From Chitinophaga pinensis (lineage in GTDB: Bacteria > Bacteroidota > Bacteroidia > UBA4408): 64,000 bases of DNA. The position numbers and the translations under genes were made by a program. The notes under the pieces are model-generated. The model made no database searches. It worked only from the letters and a program-made list of their open reading frames with translations, and was not told the DNA's origin. The DNA lies in NCBI GenBank assembly GCA_945861665.1, contig CAMAVS010000007.1, positions 7,277-71,276 on the forward strand, given 5' to 3'. This document shows, in pieces, positions 1 to 11,600 of the stretch (its first letter is position 1; every line of letters starts with the position of its first letter).

Positions 1-107
1 TGCTAAAGCTGCTGTTGATGCTCCTAATACTACTGTTAAAAACAAAAAAGGTGCTAATATCTTTTTAACTGATGCATTCATATACTTTTCTATTATTGAA
101 TTACAAA

Positions 108-1007
108 TTATTTTATCCATTTGGTTCTAATCTCATCCACTTTAGTAATAATGGCAGCAATTTGCTCTGGAGTGGCTTTTATTTCACCGCCTTTACCAAC
201 TGTTGGAGTTCCTTCTTTAGAATTAGTTTCACCTTCAGATGGAGTGGATGTTTGACTAACTCCTTCGTAAATTGAATTTATAGCTTTTAAATCATTTAAA
301 ACTTCGGTAACTCCATCGTCGGCAGGATAACTTTCAATTAAGGCTATTAAATTGATAAGCGAAAGCTTTTGTTCTGAAATAGATTTAAGAATAACCTCGT
401 TTTTAGGATTTGTTTTCGCAATACGTGTAGAGATGTATAAGCCTTCCATCCAACCTCCGGCAATAACGAGTCCCGAAACATTTGCTCTGTCATTTTCCTT
501 TAGATACGCATCTGTTGCTAAATATGAATCCGAAATAATAACCAACAATGAATCTTTGTTATTGCTGTTTGATTCAATTCTACTAATCATCTCAGGAGTA
601 AAAGCTCCAGTAATACCTAATCCATCAGCCAATTTTTTACAGTTACCCATATAAAACATCGACTCTTGTGTTTGGTCAAATATAGATGTATAACTTAAAT
701 CTGCACCATATATGCCCAAATTAAACGCTTTTTTAGCATTGCTGGAATACTTTGATACGTTTTCAATTGGATTCAAAATTTCCTTATTGTAGTTTGCGCC
801 GCCATCTTTAATGATCTTCGACATCTCGATAGGAGACGGGATAGCATAAAACACTTTTTGTGCTTTTAAATTTGTTACATTAGATGCTGCAGAATCGGCT
901 GCGGTCATTCCACTATCTTCTTTACCATCGCCACCACAAGAGTAAAGCGCTAATGACGATACTGAAATGATAGTACCTAATACAATTTTTGAAAATGAAT
1001 TGTTCAT
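108..1007 (-). CDS. hypothetical lipoprotein (signal peptide + LYSCGG lipobox)
   Basis: 299-aa ORF; N-terminal hydrophobic segment followed by Cys (…SSLALYSCGG…) typical of SPII lipoproteins; Ser/Thr/Glu-rich C-terminal tail; no motif I can name. Confidence 0.5.
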   Translation of the reverse strand: MNNSFSKIVLGTIISVSSLALYSCGGDGKEDSGMTAADSAASNVTNLKAQKVFYAIPSPIEMSKIIKDGGANYNKEILNPIENVSKYSSNAKKAFNLGIYGADLSYTSIFDQTQESMFYMGNCKKLADGLGITGAFTPEMISRIESNSNNKDSLLVIISDSYLATDAYLKENDRANVSGLVIAGGWMEGLYISTRIAKTNPKNEVILKSISEQKLSLINLIALIESYPADDGVTEVLNDLKAINSIYEGVSQTSTPSEGETNSKEGTPTVGKGGEIKATPEQIAAIITKVDEIRTKWIK

Positions 1008-1155
1008 AGTTATTAATTTAACATTTTACGAAAACAAATATATAAAATATATTCAAACCCTTTACACTTTAAATAAAAAAACTCTTATGGGGAAATTTAT
1101 GCAATAATGTTGAAGATAATAATATTACTTTTAGAGGAAAAATTTCACAGACACT

Positions 1156-3216
1156 ATGTTTATTTACTTCCTTACAAAAAAAAATCTTGCCATGGGGGGA
1201 TTAGCAATTGGACTTAGCGCTTGTAATCCATCAAATAAGCAACCATCTTTGTTGGAAAAAGACCCCTTAGCAGAACATATTGACTCGGGGATTCGGCCGA
1301 AAGATGATTTTTTTCTTTTTGCAAATAATGGCTGGTTTAAGCAACATCCAATACCATCCTCGGAAAAAAGTAACGGTATTTTTCAAACTATACAGGACAG
1401 CATCAATGCGGATGTTCGGAAAATATGTGAACAATCTGCTAATAATACCACTGCAAAAAAAGGAAGCAACGAGCAAAAAATAGGTGGCTTCTTTTTTAGC
1501 GGAATGGATACAGTAGCTATTGAAAAAAAAGGACTTAGCCCACTAAACGAACAACTCAAAAGTATTGACGGTATAAAAAACATAAGCGATGTGATATCGG
1601 TTTCTGCGCAATTGCACTCAATTGGCGCCAACACATTGTTTTCATTTTACATCGGACAAGATCAAATAAACAGTTCGGTATACAGCATATACCTATCGCA
1701 AGCATCCCTTGGATTGCCGGAAAAAGATTATTATTTTAATACAAGTGAACGAACCTCAACGATACGAAGCGAATATGTAAAACACATTGCAAACCTTTTT
1801 AAAGTAATGGGTAAAGATGCCACTTTTTGCAAAGATAAAAGCGAAGCTATTCTGAAATTAGAAACCGATCTTGCAAGCTACAGTCGAAAAATGGAAGACT
1901 TGCGCGACCCCTATAAAAATTACAATAAAATGGGCATTGCCGATGTCGAAAAAAACAACCCCACTTTAAAATGGACTTCTATTTTAAAAAACTACAAATT
2001 GGCAAACGTTGACACTGTAATTGTTGGTCAGCCAGAATACTATAAAGGACTTGAAAGTGTTTTGAAAAAACATGATATAGAGACTTGGAAGGCTTATTTA
2101 ACCTTAAACTTGATAGATGAATTCGCTTCTGATTTAAGCAGTGATTTTGTTAAAGAAAATTTTCATTTCCATTCAACCATTATGCAAGGAGTGAAGGTAG
2201 AAAAGCCTCGCTGGAAAAAAATAGTAGAAAGCACCGATAGCTATTTGGGTGAGTTAATTGGGGAAATATATGTAAAAGATTATTTACCAAGCGGGTCGAA
2301 AGAAAAAATGTTGGAAATAGCAAATAATGTTCGATCTGTTTATGGAGAGCACATAAAAAAACTAGATTGGATGTCGGAGCCTACAAAAGAAAAAGCACTT
2401 ATTAAACTCAATAAAATTGGGATGAAAATTGGTTACCCCGACAAATGGAAAGATTTATCTGCCCTTGAAATATCACGCGACTCTTATGTTTCAAACATTA
2501 TTCGCACTTCCAATTGGCAATTTAACTATATGCTACAAAAATGGGGCAAGCCTGTGGATAGAAGTGAATGGAATATGACTCCTCAAACCTACAATGCCTA
2601 TTATGACCCTACTAATAATGAAATTGTTATACCTGCTTGCAACATTATTGTTCCAGGGTATGAAAACAGAATGCCCGATGATGCATTGCTGTATGCAATA
2701 ATAGGAGGCTCTACGATTGGTCACGAATTAACGCACGGCTTTGACGACCAAGGTTCGCAGTACGATGAAAACGGCAATTTAAAAAATTGGTGGACAGCAG
2801 AAGACAGAAAAAAATTTATGGAAAAAACCACCTTGATTGTTGAACAATTTAATAATTATGTTGTGTTAGATAGCTTACACATTAAGGGCGAAAATACACA
2901 AGGCGAAAATATTGCTGATTTGGGCGGTGCCATAATGGGTTATGAAGCGTTTAAAAAAACACCACTAGGTAAATCATCCGAAAAAATTGGAGGATACACT
3001 CCCGATCAACGTTACTTTTTAGGTTTTGGTTTTTCGTGGATGATACAACAAACAGATGCTGCTTTAGCAAATCAAGTGATGAGTAACGAACATTCACCCG
3101 CATCCTTTCGAGTAATTGGTCCGCTTTCTAACATTCCCGAGTTTTATACTGCATTTAACATAAAAACAGGCGACAAAATGTACCGAAATGACAAAATAAG
3201 GGTTAGAATATGGTAG
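1156..3216 (+). CDS. M13 family zinc metallopeptidase (neprilysin/PepO-like), lipoprotein
   Basis: 686 aa; HELTHGFDDQG (HExxH zinc site) and GENIADLGG motif diagnostic of neprilysin family; N-terminal signal with LSAC lipobox. Confidence 0.9.
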   Translation: MFIYFLTKKNLAMGGLAIGLSACNPSNKQPSLLEKDPLAEHIDSGIRPKDDFFLFANNGWFKQHPIPSSEKSNGIFQTIQDSINADVRKICEQSANNTTAKKGSNEQKIGGFFFSGMDTVAIEKKGLSPLNEQLKSIDGIKNISDVISVSAQLHSIGANTLFSFYIGQDQINSSVYSIYLSQASLGLPEKDYYFNTSERTSTIRSEYVKHIANLFKVMGKDATFCKDKSEAILKLETDLASYSRKMEDLRDPYKNYNKMGIADVEKNNPTLKWTSILKNYKLANVDTVIVGQPEYYKGLESVLKKHDIETWKAYLTLNLIDEFASDLSSDFVKENFHFHSTIMQGVKVEKPRWKKIVESTDSYLGELIGEIYVKDYLPSGSKEKMLEIANNVRSVYGEHIKKLDWMSEPTKEKALIKLNKIGMKIGYPDKWKDLSALEISRDSYVSNIIRTSNWQFNYMLQKWGKPVDRSEWNMTPQTYNAYYDPTNNEIVIPACNIIVPGYENRMPDDALLYAIIGGSTIGHELTHGFDDQGSQYDENGNLKNWWTAEDRKKFMEKTTLIVEQFNNYVVLDSLHIKGENTQGENIADLGGAIMGYEAFKKTPLGKSSEKIGGYTPDQRYFLGFGFSWMIQQTDAALANQVMSNEHSPASFRVIGPLSNIPEFYTAFNIKTGDKMYRNDKIRVRIW

Positions 3217-3290
3217 AATTGTTTAAAATATTTCCATTTCCAAAAGCATTTAATTAATTTAGCACTCCCAAAAAATTAAAAACATAACGT

Positions 3291-4571
3291 ATGTCTTATT
3301 TATTTACATCAGAATCAGTATCAGAAGGGCACCCAGACAAAGTAGCAGATCAGATATCTGACGCCATCATTGATGCATTTTTAACCTACGATAGCAATGC
3401 CAAAGTTGCCTGTGAAACATTTGTTACTACAGGAATGGTTGTAGTGGGTGGGGAAATAAAATGCAACGATACGGCTAAAGCAAAGGTTGATGTACAGCAA
3501 ATTACACGTGGCGTAATTAATCGTATCGGATACAACAAATCGGAATATCAATTTGATGCCGTTTCTTGTGGAATATTAAATGCTTTACACGAGCAATCTT
3601 CGGACATTAACCAAGGTGTTGAGCGTGCTAAAGAAGAAGAACAAGGTGCCGGTGACCAAGGAATGATGTTTGGATATGCTTGTCGCGAAACCGATAATTT
3701 TATGCCACTTCCATTAGAATTATCACATTTGTTATTAAAAGAGCTTGCTGCTATTCGTAGAGAAGGTAAAAAAATGAAATACTTACGTCCCGATGCAAAA
3801 TCACAAGTAACAATCCAGTATTCAGACAAAGGAAAACCTGAAAAAATAGAAACTATTGTACTTTCCACACAACATGATGATTTTGATAAAGACGATGCAA
3901 TGCTTGCAAAAATTCGTGAAGATGTTGTGAATATATTAATTCCTCGCGTTAAAAAATTATTGCCTGCACGTATTAAAAAATTATTTAGCAACGATATAAA
4001 ATTCCACGTTAACCCAACAGGCAAATTTGTTATCGGTGGACCACACGGTGATACTGGCTTAACAGGCAGGAAAATTATTGTTGACACTTATGGTGGACGT
4101 GGTGCTCACGGTGGTGGTGCATTCTCAGGAAAAGACTCTTCAAAAGTTGACCGTTCAGCAGCGTATGCCACACGCCACATTGCAAAAAATTTAGTGGCCG
4201 CGGGTGTTGCCGATGAGGTATTGGTACAAGTTGCCTACGCAATTGGTGTGGCACAACCTGTAGGTTTATACGTTTATACTTACGGAACAGCGAAAGCACG
4301 TAATACAGAAGGTAAAAAACTAAGCGATGGCGAAATTGCTTCGCGCATTGAAAAATTAATTGATATGCGTCCGAGCGCTATTATAAACCGTTTTGGTTTA
4401 AAGAATCCAATTTATAGTGAAACTGCTGCTTACGGACATATGGGAAGAACCCCAGGGACAGTGGAGGTAAACGGAAAAAAACACGAAACCTTTGGTTGGG
4501 AAAAATTGGATTTAGTAAATAGCTTTACAAAGGCCTTTGCCATAAAAACGAAAGAAACTGCCGAAGCATAA
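3291..4571 (+). CDS. metK: S-adenosylmethionine synthetase
   Basis: 426 aa; N-terminus [20 protein letters not shown]…, [10 protein letters not shown]-loop-like motif; full-length MetK architecture. Confidence 0.95.
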   Translation: MSYLFTSESVSEGHPDKVADQISDAIIDAFLTYDSNAKVACETFVTTGMVVVGGEIKCNDTAKAKVDVQQITRGVINRIGYNKSEYQFDAVSCGILNALHEQSSDINQGVERAKEEEQGAGDQGMMFGYACRETDNFMPLPLELSHLLLKELAAIRREGKKMKYLRPDAKSQVTIQYSDKGKPEKIETIVLSTQHDDFDKDDAMLAKIREDVVNILIPRVKKLLPARIKKLFSNDIKFHVNPTGKFVIGGPHGDTGLTGRKIIVDTYGGRGAHGGGAFSGKDSSKVDRSAAYATRHIAKNLVAAGVADEVLVQVAYAIGVAQPVGLYVYTYGTAKARNTEGKKLSDGEIASRIEKLIDMRPSAIINRFGLKNPIYSETAAYGHMGRTPGTVEVNGKKHETFGWEKLDLVNSFTKAFAIKTKETAEA

Positions 4572-4592
4572 ATTTTATTTTCTATTATACAA

Positions 4593-4627
4593 AAGAGGGC
4601 TGAATAATTTAGCCCTCTTTTTATTTG
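4593..4627. terminator. rho-independent terminator-like hairpin between convergent metK and cupin genes
   Basis: agagggct-(9 nt loop)-agccctct followed by TTTTATTTG. Confidence 0.5.
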
Positions 4628-4644
4628 ACCTTCGTATAAAAAAA

Positions 4645-5043
4645 TTAATTCTCTTTGAGCACTCTATCCTTACCATCAAATAGTGGTGTTTGAACAGATA
4701 ACACTTTAATGGGAATAGAACTTTTCGATTTCACAGAGTGAAAAGTATTTTTAGGAATAAAAATAACATCGCCCTTTTTAATGTTGAATATTTTATCGCC
4801 TAAGGTCATTTCGCCTACACCTTGCAATATGGTTACTTGCTCAGTATGAGATTTGTGCTTGTGCTCTTTTACTTCCATAGGAATTATAATTACAAAACTG
4901 CTCATAAGCGAGTCGCTGTATAATTGCCGCACATAATTCTCCTTCAAGGGACCGGCACATTTAATTGTATCTAGCGATTGTATATTTTGCGCAAGGCAAA
5001 AAAAGGGCGAAGCGAATAATAAAACAATAAATACTTTTTTCAT
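4645..5043 (-). CDS. cupin domain protein, secreted
   Basis: 132 aa; signal peptide; C-terminal KGDVIFIPKNTFHSV…cupin beta-barrel signature. Confidence 0.5.
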   Translation of the reverse strand: MKKVFIVLLFASPFFCLAQNIQSLDTIKCAGPLKENYVRQLYSDSLMSSFVIIIPMEVKEHKHKSHTEQVTILQGVGEMTLGDKIFNIKKGDVIFIPKNTFHSVKSKSSIPIKVLSVQTPLFDGKDRVLKEN

Positions 5044-5115
5044 TTTAACGATTGTTTATTTTACAAAAGTAGGGTTAAATCAAGATCTTTTTGAAACAAT
5101 TCTTGTCCCTACAAA

Positions 5116-5736
5116 TTACTCAAATGAGATTTTTTTTATCTCTTTTTCGGGCAAAACAACGATTGCATATCCATCGTTTTCACAGTGAATGCTAGATGTA
5201 TAAACGCCTTTAGTATTATAGGCATTACAGTTAACTTCAAATGAATTCCTTTTAGGTAAATATTCAAATATGGAAACAATTACTTTTCCCGTGTGCTTCT
5301 TATTGAGTCCTTGCCAAGTATAATCTTGAATTCTTACATAAAATCCATCTTTGAAAATATACTTAAACATTCTACGATGTTTTGTATCGTAAAAATCCAC
5401 CATCCCATTCAACAATTTTGATTCTCCAGATGGAATTGCATTTTTATAAGTAACTGTGAAGTTTTTTTCAGGAAAAGGAAATTGCCAAAACCCTTTACAG
5501 TCTGCAAAAACATAGCACTCATAAACCGAAGGCGCATCCTTGGCAATCACTTTAAAATTCGAATCGACTCTCAACTTCAGCCAACCCGCTTTTTTCTTCA
5601 AATCTTCTTTGTTAATTAATTCCCCTTCCGTAAGCAAAGGCGTCTCTTGTGCAAATAATTTGACAGAAAACAGAATTATTAAAATAATTTGTGAAATTGC
5701 TTTCATAATATTATTTTTTAAAATTGTACTTAACAA
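5116..5736 (-). CDS. hypothetical secreted protein
   Basis: 206-aa ORF with N-terminal signal peptide (true start probably the internal MKAISQ…); no recognisable motif. Confidence 0.4.
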   Translation of the reverse strand: MLSTILKNNIMKAISQIILIILFSVKLFAQETPLLTEGELINKEDLKKKAGWLKLRVDSNFKVIAKDAPSVYECYVFADCKGFWQFPFPEKNFTVTYKNAIPSGESKLLNGMVDFYDTKHRRMFKYIFKDGFYVRIQDYTWQGLNKKHTGKVIVSIFEYLPKRNSFEVNCNAYNTKGVYTSSIHCENDGYAIVVLPEKEIKKISFE

Positions 5737-5907
5737 AATTATGAAATTAATCCAACTTCATTCCGATAATTATCATGATGTCGAAAATCAGATGTAAGTT
5801 AAAACAAAATTCCATAAATTAAAAATTAGTTTTTAACTATATCACGTTAAATAAAAATACATTCTCTTTTACAGTTAGCTCATACAACTACTATTTTTGT
5901 TAAAATA

Positions 5908-6798
5908 ATGAGCAAAATACTTCTCCTTTTCTTTTTAATTTCCTACCTGGTTTCGCATTCCCAAATGTTAAGTGGAATAATTCCTGGACGAGATGCAACG
6001 TTTTCGAATTCCTTCATTAGCAAATCGAAAATAAAAACCATTAAAATAGACAAGGCTGTAAAAAAAGACAATGGTAGAATAGAAAATACAGGAAACATTA
6101 CCATTTTTTATTTTAACGCTATGGGTATGGTGGCTAAAAAAATAATTATTTCCGTTAATGCCGAGGCCATTCTTGATACTATTTTTGAGTTTAATTATTA
6201 CAATAAACAACAACAATTAATAAACAAAAGGACCTTCAGTGCAAATTTAATTCGAACAATTTACTATACATACGACACCTTAGGATATCCAATTAAAATC
6301 GTTAACTGTAAGGAAACAAATATGCAAAGCGGTATGGAGTTTTTTCAATTAGGAAAACAAGAAGTGCTGTCAGTTGATAATTTTTATTTTGAAAAATTAA
6401 ATGCAAATCAAATAAAAAAAATGTTTTTAAACGATGAAGGGAGAATTTACAAAGAAGGTATTATGTATTACGATTCGAGCCAAAATTTAATTGAAGAAAA
6501 CTATAGATACGTTGCAACGAACGTTCGAATAAATTACAAATACACTTTTAATAAAAAAAACCAACTGATAGAATATGCCTATTATAGCGATGCGGCAGGT
6601 GAATACACAGAAAAAACAGTATATACCTACGAAGAAAGCGGGAATTTGTTAAAGCTTAATTATTCGGGCACACACAAACCAGCGGGAGAAATTTTCTATT
6701 TTCACAATAAGGTAAGCAAACAGTTGGAGGCATCACTTACAAAAAACCCAACAACAGGTGCTTTATTGATTGAAAAATACAGCATTGAAACTTATTAA
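5908..6798 (+). CDS. hypothetical secreted protein
   Basis: 296 aa, signal peptide, Tyr/Asn-rich; no recognisable motif. Confidence 0.4.
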   Translation: MSKILLLFFLISYLVSHSQMLSGIIPGRDATFSNSFISKSKIKTIKIDKAVKKDNGRIENTGNITIFYFNAMGMVAKKIIISVNAEAILDTIFEFNYYNKQQQLINKRTFSANLIRTIYYTYDTLGYPIKIVNCKETNMQSGMEFFQLGKQEVLSVDNFYFEKLNANQIKKMFLNDEGRIYKEGIMYYDSSQNLIEENYRYVATNVRINYKYTFNKKNQLIEYAYYSDAAGEYTEKTVYTYEESGNLLKLNYSGTHKPAGEIFYFHNKVSKQLEASLTKNPTTGALLIEKYSIETY

Positions 6799-6875
6799 TT
6801 GGCATAATACTTAAATTGTGTTAAATAAAGATTATTTGTCGATTTAGAGCGTTATTTTTGTGAAAACACATTGAA

Positions 6876-7586
6876 ATGAAAGACGAAAAAATAAAAATTT
6901 TATTGGTAGAGGACGATGCTAATTTAGGAATCCTACTGAAGGAGTATCTTGAGAGCAAGAATTTTATTGTTGAGTTAGCTGTTGATGGAAAAGAAGGATT
7001 AGATAAATTCAACAAAGGCAAATTTGAATTATGCATATTGGATGTAATGATGCCCTTTATGGATGGATTTACTTTAGCAAAAGAGATAAAAGTTAAAAAT
7101 TCAAACATTCCGATTGTTTTTTTAACAGCAAAATCGTTGAAAGAAGATGCAATAGAAGGATTTAAAATAGGTGCTGACGACTATGTAACAAAGCCTTTTA
7201 ATTCGGAAGAGTTGCTATTAAGAATAAAAGCCATTTTAAGACGAAGCAACGAGAACCACTCTATCATCGACTCGCCACAAAATAATTTTACATTGGGCAA
7301 CTACACCTTCGACTTCCAACATCAATTATTGGAAATAAACAGCAAACCTCAAAAATTAACTACTCGCGAGGCGCAATTGCTAAAATTATTGTGCATTAAC
7401 TCCAATGAAGTACTCGATCGTAATTTTGCACTAAAAACAATTTGGAACGATGACAATTATTTTAACGGACGCAGTATGGATGTATACATTACTAAATTGC
7501 GTAAATTTTTGAAAGAAGACCCTCGTATTGAAATTGTAAATGTTCACGGGAAAGGATTCAAGCTGCTTTCACCTAACAAATACTAA
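6876..7586 (+). CDS. OmpR-family two-component response regulator (REC + winged-helix)
   Basis: 236 aa; ILLVEDDANLG…LDVMMP…receiver motifs with phospho-acceptor Asp context; C-terminal Trans_reg_C-like domain (…RSMDVYITKLRKFL…). Confidence 0.85.
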   Translation: MKDEKIKILLVEDDANLGILLKEYLESKNFIVELAVDGKEGLDKFNKGKFELCILDVMMPFMDGFTLAKEIKVKNSNIPIVFLTAKSLKEDAIEGFKIGADDYVTKPFNSEELLLRIKAILRRSNENHSIIDSPQNNFTLGNYTFDFQHQLLEINSKPQKLTTREAQLLKLLCINSNEVLDRNFALKTIWNDDNYFNGRSMDVYITKLRKFLKEDPRIEIVNVHGKGFKLLSPNKY

Positions 7587-7597
7587 TAATTCAACTA

Positions 7598-8353
7598 GTG
7601 TATTCTTTACTAAAAAGGGCCATCAAGCTAATTGTTCCAAAAGAACTTCTTCGACAAACAGAGCCTTTTTTAAGAAAAATTTATTCTGTTTTTTATTTCG
7701 GAAACCAAGTTGAGTGTGCTATTTGCGGCAATCATTATTCGAAATTTGTGGTTTTAAAAAATGGTGTTGATACCCTTTGTATTAACTGCGGCAGCTTACC
7801 TCGTAACCGTTTACTGTGGTTGTACATGAACAACGAGTTAAACATCACACACACACACTATTCACTACTCCATTTTTCTCCTGCAAAAAGTATTAAAAGA
7901 AAAATAAATGAACTTAAAAACATAGAGTACACCACAACAGATTATGAAAAAGGCGAAGACAAACAATACGACATTACTGCCATAAATGATGCTGATAATC
8001 GCTATGATTTAATAATTTGCTATCACGTATTCGAACACATTTTGGAAGATTCAAAAGCAATGAAAGAATTGTGTAGAGTATTGAAATCGGGAGGCAAAGC
8101 ATTGCTACAAGTGCCATTAAAAGAGGGTGATACGTATGAAGACATCTCGGTTACTTCACCAACAGAGCGACTTAAACATTTCGGACAAGATGATCACGTA
8201 CGTATCTACGGCAAAAATAATTTCGAGGAACGTTTAAGCAATGCCGGTTTTTCGGTGAAAGCATTTTCTTATGCAACGACTTTTAGTGATGAAATAATTG
8301 ACAGAAATGGATTGAACAAACAAGAATTAATTTTTATCTGTTCAAAAAAATAA
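7598..8353 (+). CDS. class I SAM-dependent methyltransferase with N-terminal Cys4 zinc ribbon
   Basis: 251 aa; CAICGN…CINCGS zinc-ribbon, then DLIICYHVFEHI and LKSGGKALLQVP methyltransferase type-11-like motifs; starts 12 nt after the response regulator stop. Confidence 0.7.
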   Translation: MYSLLKRAIKLIVPKELLRQTEPFLRKIYSVFYFGNQVECAICGNHYSKFVVLKNGVDTLCINCGSLPRNRLLWLYMNNELNITHTHYSLLHFSPAKSIKRKINELKNIEYTTTDYEKGEDKQYDITAINDADNRYDLIICYHVFEHILEDSKAMKELCRVLKSGGKALLQVPLKEGDTYEDISVTSPTERLKHFGQDDHVRIYGKNNFEERLSNAGFSVKAFSYATTFSDEIIDRNGLNKQELIFICSKK

Positions 8354-8685
8354 TCACACTCTTATTATAAATCACAAGCACATCGTCTAAATGTTTCAGG
8401 TTACCTTCCCAACTTACAAATACGTAGTACAAATATTTCTTTCTGTTCTTCCATTGTATTGTCTTGACATATAATTTATGATAATAAGCAGTTATATATG
8501 AAAAATGTTAGAACGTAGTTTTCATATCAAAAGCCTTCAAAACTTCCAAAAATGCTAATTTTGGCTCAATAAGCTGCACTATACGCCAATAATTGAGCAA
8601 TTTTTGCTTTTTTTATTATCAGCAAAAATACGTTACTTTTGTATGCTTTTTTAGAAAGTAATTAAAACTAAGAACCACATACAGA

Positions 8686-11600
8686 ATGTTAGATTTTATA
8701 AATAAATCCATAGGAAAGCTTTTTGGCAATAAATCGCAAAAAGACATCAAAGAAATACAACCCATTGTTGAAAAAATATTGGCTGCAGGTGAGCAATTAA
8801 AAAATATAAGCAACGATGAACTTAGAGCAAAAACAGTAGACTTCAAAAAACGGATAGCCGACTACATTGCGAAAGAAGAAAAAGAGATTGTTGATTTAAG
8901 AGCACTCACGGAAGCAAATCCGGATATGGATGTGCAAGAAAAGGAAAAACATTACAATGCCATTGATCAGAACAAGAAAACAATAAAAACAAAAATACAG
9001 GAAATACTAAACGAAATACTGCCCGAAGCTTTTGCAGTTGTAAAAGAAACAGCAAAACGTTTTAAGGAAAATACGAGCTTAGAAGTAACTGCCACTCAAA
9101 TGGACCGTGATATGGCTGCTGCTCGCGAGAGTGTGAAAATACAAGGTGAAAAAGCCCACTTTAGCAATACCTGGATGGCAGCAGGGAACAAAGTTACCTG
9201 GGATATGGTACACTACGATGTTCAGCTGATTGGCGGTATCGTGTTGCACCAAGGAAAAATATCGGAGATGGCTACAGGGGAAGGAAAAACACTTGTTGGA
9301 ACACTTCCCATTTATTTGAATGCACTTGCCGGAAAAGGAGTGCACATTGTTACCGTAAACACCTACTTATCGAAACGAGATTCGGAATGGAACGGACCAA
9401 TTTTTGAATTTCACGGATTAAAAGTAGATTGTATTGACAAGCACGACCCAAACTCTGACGAAAGAAAAAAAGCCTATTTAGCAGATATTACTTACGGTAC
9501 AAATAACGAATACGGATTCGATTACCTCCGCGATAATATGGCGCGCTCACCAGAAGATTTGGTTCAACGTGAACACAACTATGCTATAGTGGATGAGGTG
9601 GACAGTGTATTGATTGACGATGCTCGTACTCCCCTTATTATATCGGGACCAACTGCGAAAGGTGATACACACGAATTTTTTCAATTAAAACCGCGTGTAG
9701 AAAAATTGGTGAATGCACAACGTAATTATGTAAATACAGTGCTTGCCGATGCTAAAAAAATATTGGCACTAAACGATTCTAAAAAAAATGAAGAAGGTGG
9801 ATTTGCTTTGCTACGCGCCTTTAGAGGATTGCCAAAGAACAAAGCATTGATAAAGTTTTTAAGTGAACCGGGCATAAAAGCACAATTGCAAAAAGTTGAA
9901 AACCACTATATGCAAGACCACGGCAGAGAGATGCCAAAGGTGGATGCTGAATTGTATTTTGTGATTGACGAAAAAAATAATTCCATTGAATTAACTGAAA
10001 AAGGAATAGAGTTAATGTCATCGGGTTCGCCTGAGGATGCTAAGTTTTTTGTGTTGCCCGATGTAGGAAGCGAAATGGTTGAGATTGATAAATCAACTTT
10101 ACCTGCGGAACAAAAATTACAACGCAAAGAGGAGCTAATGAGAAACTTCTCGATAGCATCGGAAAGGGTTCATACAGTTAATCAATTGCTAAAATCATAT
10201 ACCTTGTTTGAGATTGACGTGGATTATGTGGTGATGGAAAACAAAATTAAAATTGTGGATGAGCAAACAGGTCGTATACTCGAAGGCAGAAGATATTCCG
10301 ATGGTTTACACCAAGCCATTGAAGCAAAAGAAAATGTAAAAGTAGAAGCCAGCACACAAACATTTGCTACCGTTACTTTGCAAAATTATTTTAGAATGTA
10401 CAACAAATTGGCGGGTATGACCGGTACTGCCGAAACAGAAGCAGGTGAATTTTGGGATATATACAAATTGGATTGCGTTGTAATACCAACAAACAGAGCC
10501 ATTTCAAGAACCGACAGAGAAGATTTAGTATACAAAACAAAACGTGAAAAATACAATGCGGTTATAGAAAACATTATTGAAGAAGTTGGAAAAGGGCGAC
10601 CGATATTGGTAGGTACAACATCCGTTGAAATATCGGAATTGCTAAGCAGAATGCTTAAACTGAAAGGCATAAAGCACAATGTATTGAATGCAAAATTACA
10701 CCAACGTGAAGCTGAAATTGTTGCAGAAGCAGGTCAAGCAGGTACTGTTACCATTGCCACCAATATGGCCGGTAGGGGAACGGATATAAAATTAGGAGCA
10801 GGAGTAAAAGATGCAGGAGGGCTAGCCATTATTGGTACTGAACGACACGATTCACGAAGGGTTGACAGACAATTAAGAGGGCGTGCCGGTCGTCAGGGTG
10901 ACCCGGGAACATCACAGTTTTTTGTTTCCTTGGAAGATGATTTAATGCGTTTGTTTGGATCGGATAGAATTGCAAAATTAATGGACCGAATGGGTATTGA
11001 AGAAGGTGAAGTAATTCAACATTCAATGATTACCAACTCGATAGAACGTGCACAGAAAAAAGTAGAAGAGAACAATTTTGGAACACGTAAGCGTTTGTTG
11101 GAATACGATGATGTGATGAACTCGCAACGTGAAGTGGTATACAAAAAACGCAGACATGCATTGTTCGGTGAACGTTTGTCGTTGGACATTTCCAATATGC
11201 TGTACGATGTATCGGAAAGTATTTGTACCAATACACAGGAGCAAAAAGATTTTGAAGGATTCGCCTTTGAATTAATAAAAACATTCTCCATTGAAAATCC
11301 GGTTTCGGAAAACGATTTTATGAAATTGCCTACCAACGAACTTACCGAAAGAGTATTTGATGTTGCATACAGACACTACATTAAAAAATCGCAGGAAATG
11401 GGCGAAGCTACTTTCCCTGTGGTGAAAAATGTATACGAGAACAGCGCACATATGTACGAGAATATTATTATTCCTTTTACCGATGGAATAAAAACATTAC
11501 AGGTTCTTTCCAATCTAAAAAAATCGTACGAATCGAAAGGACGTGAAGTATTCACCGCTTTCGAAAAAGGTGTTACACTCTCCATTATTGACGAAGCATG

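Noticed and set aside
1-137. Plus-strand reading frame open from the window start to a stop at ~137 (…AKAAVDAPNTTVKNKKGANIFLTDAFIYFSIIELQIILSIWF*), possibly the 3' end of an upstream gene
   Set aside because: Only 45 codons with no recognisable motif. It overlaps the 3' end of the better-supported minus-strand lipoprotein gene. It cannot be supported from this window alone.
352-654. Plus-strand 100-aa ORF antisense to the lipoprotein gene. Similar antisense ORFs lie at 3548-4087 (inside metK), 9079-9345 and 11016-11336 (inside secA), 13296-14014 (inside the ABC-F gene), 19887-20330 and 20929-21261 (inside the fibre gene), and others
   Set aside because: They lie entirely within and opposite to strongly supported genes. 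They have low-complexity or odd composition and no start context. They are spurious six-frame ORFs.
3217-3290. Looked for a SAM riboswitch in front of metK
   Set aside because: The intergenic space is only ~75 nt and lacks the conserved helices of SAM-I/SAM-II aptamers.
8462-8473. TTGACA immediately followed by TATAAT (sigma70-like hexamers) upstream of secA
   Set aside because: The hexamers abut with zero spacer, so they cannot form a functional -35/-10 pair. Bacteroidota also use a different consensus.
8603-8641. TTTG … TACTTTTG pair upstream of secA as a Bacteroidota promoter
   Set aside because: The -7-like element is plausible, but spacing to the only upstream TTTG is ~27 nt versus the expected ~19-21. 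It is not confident enough to list as a feature.
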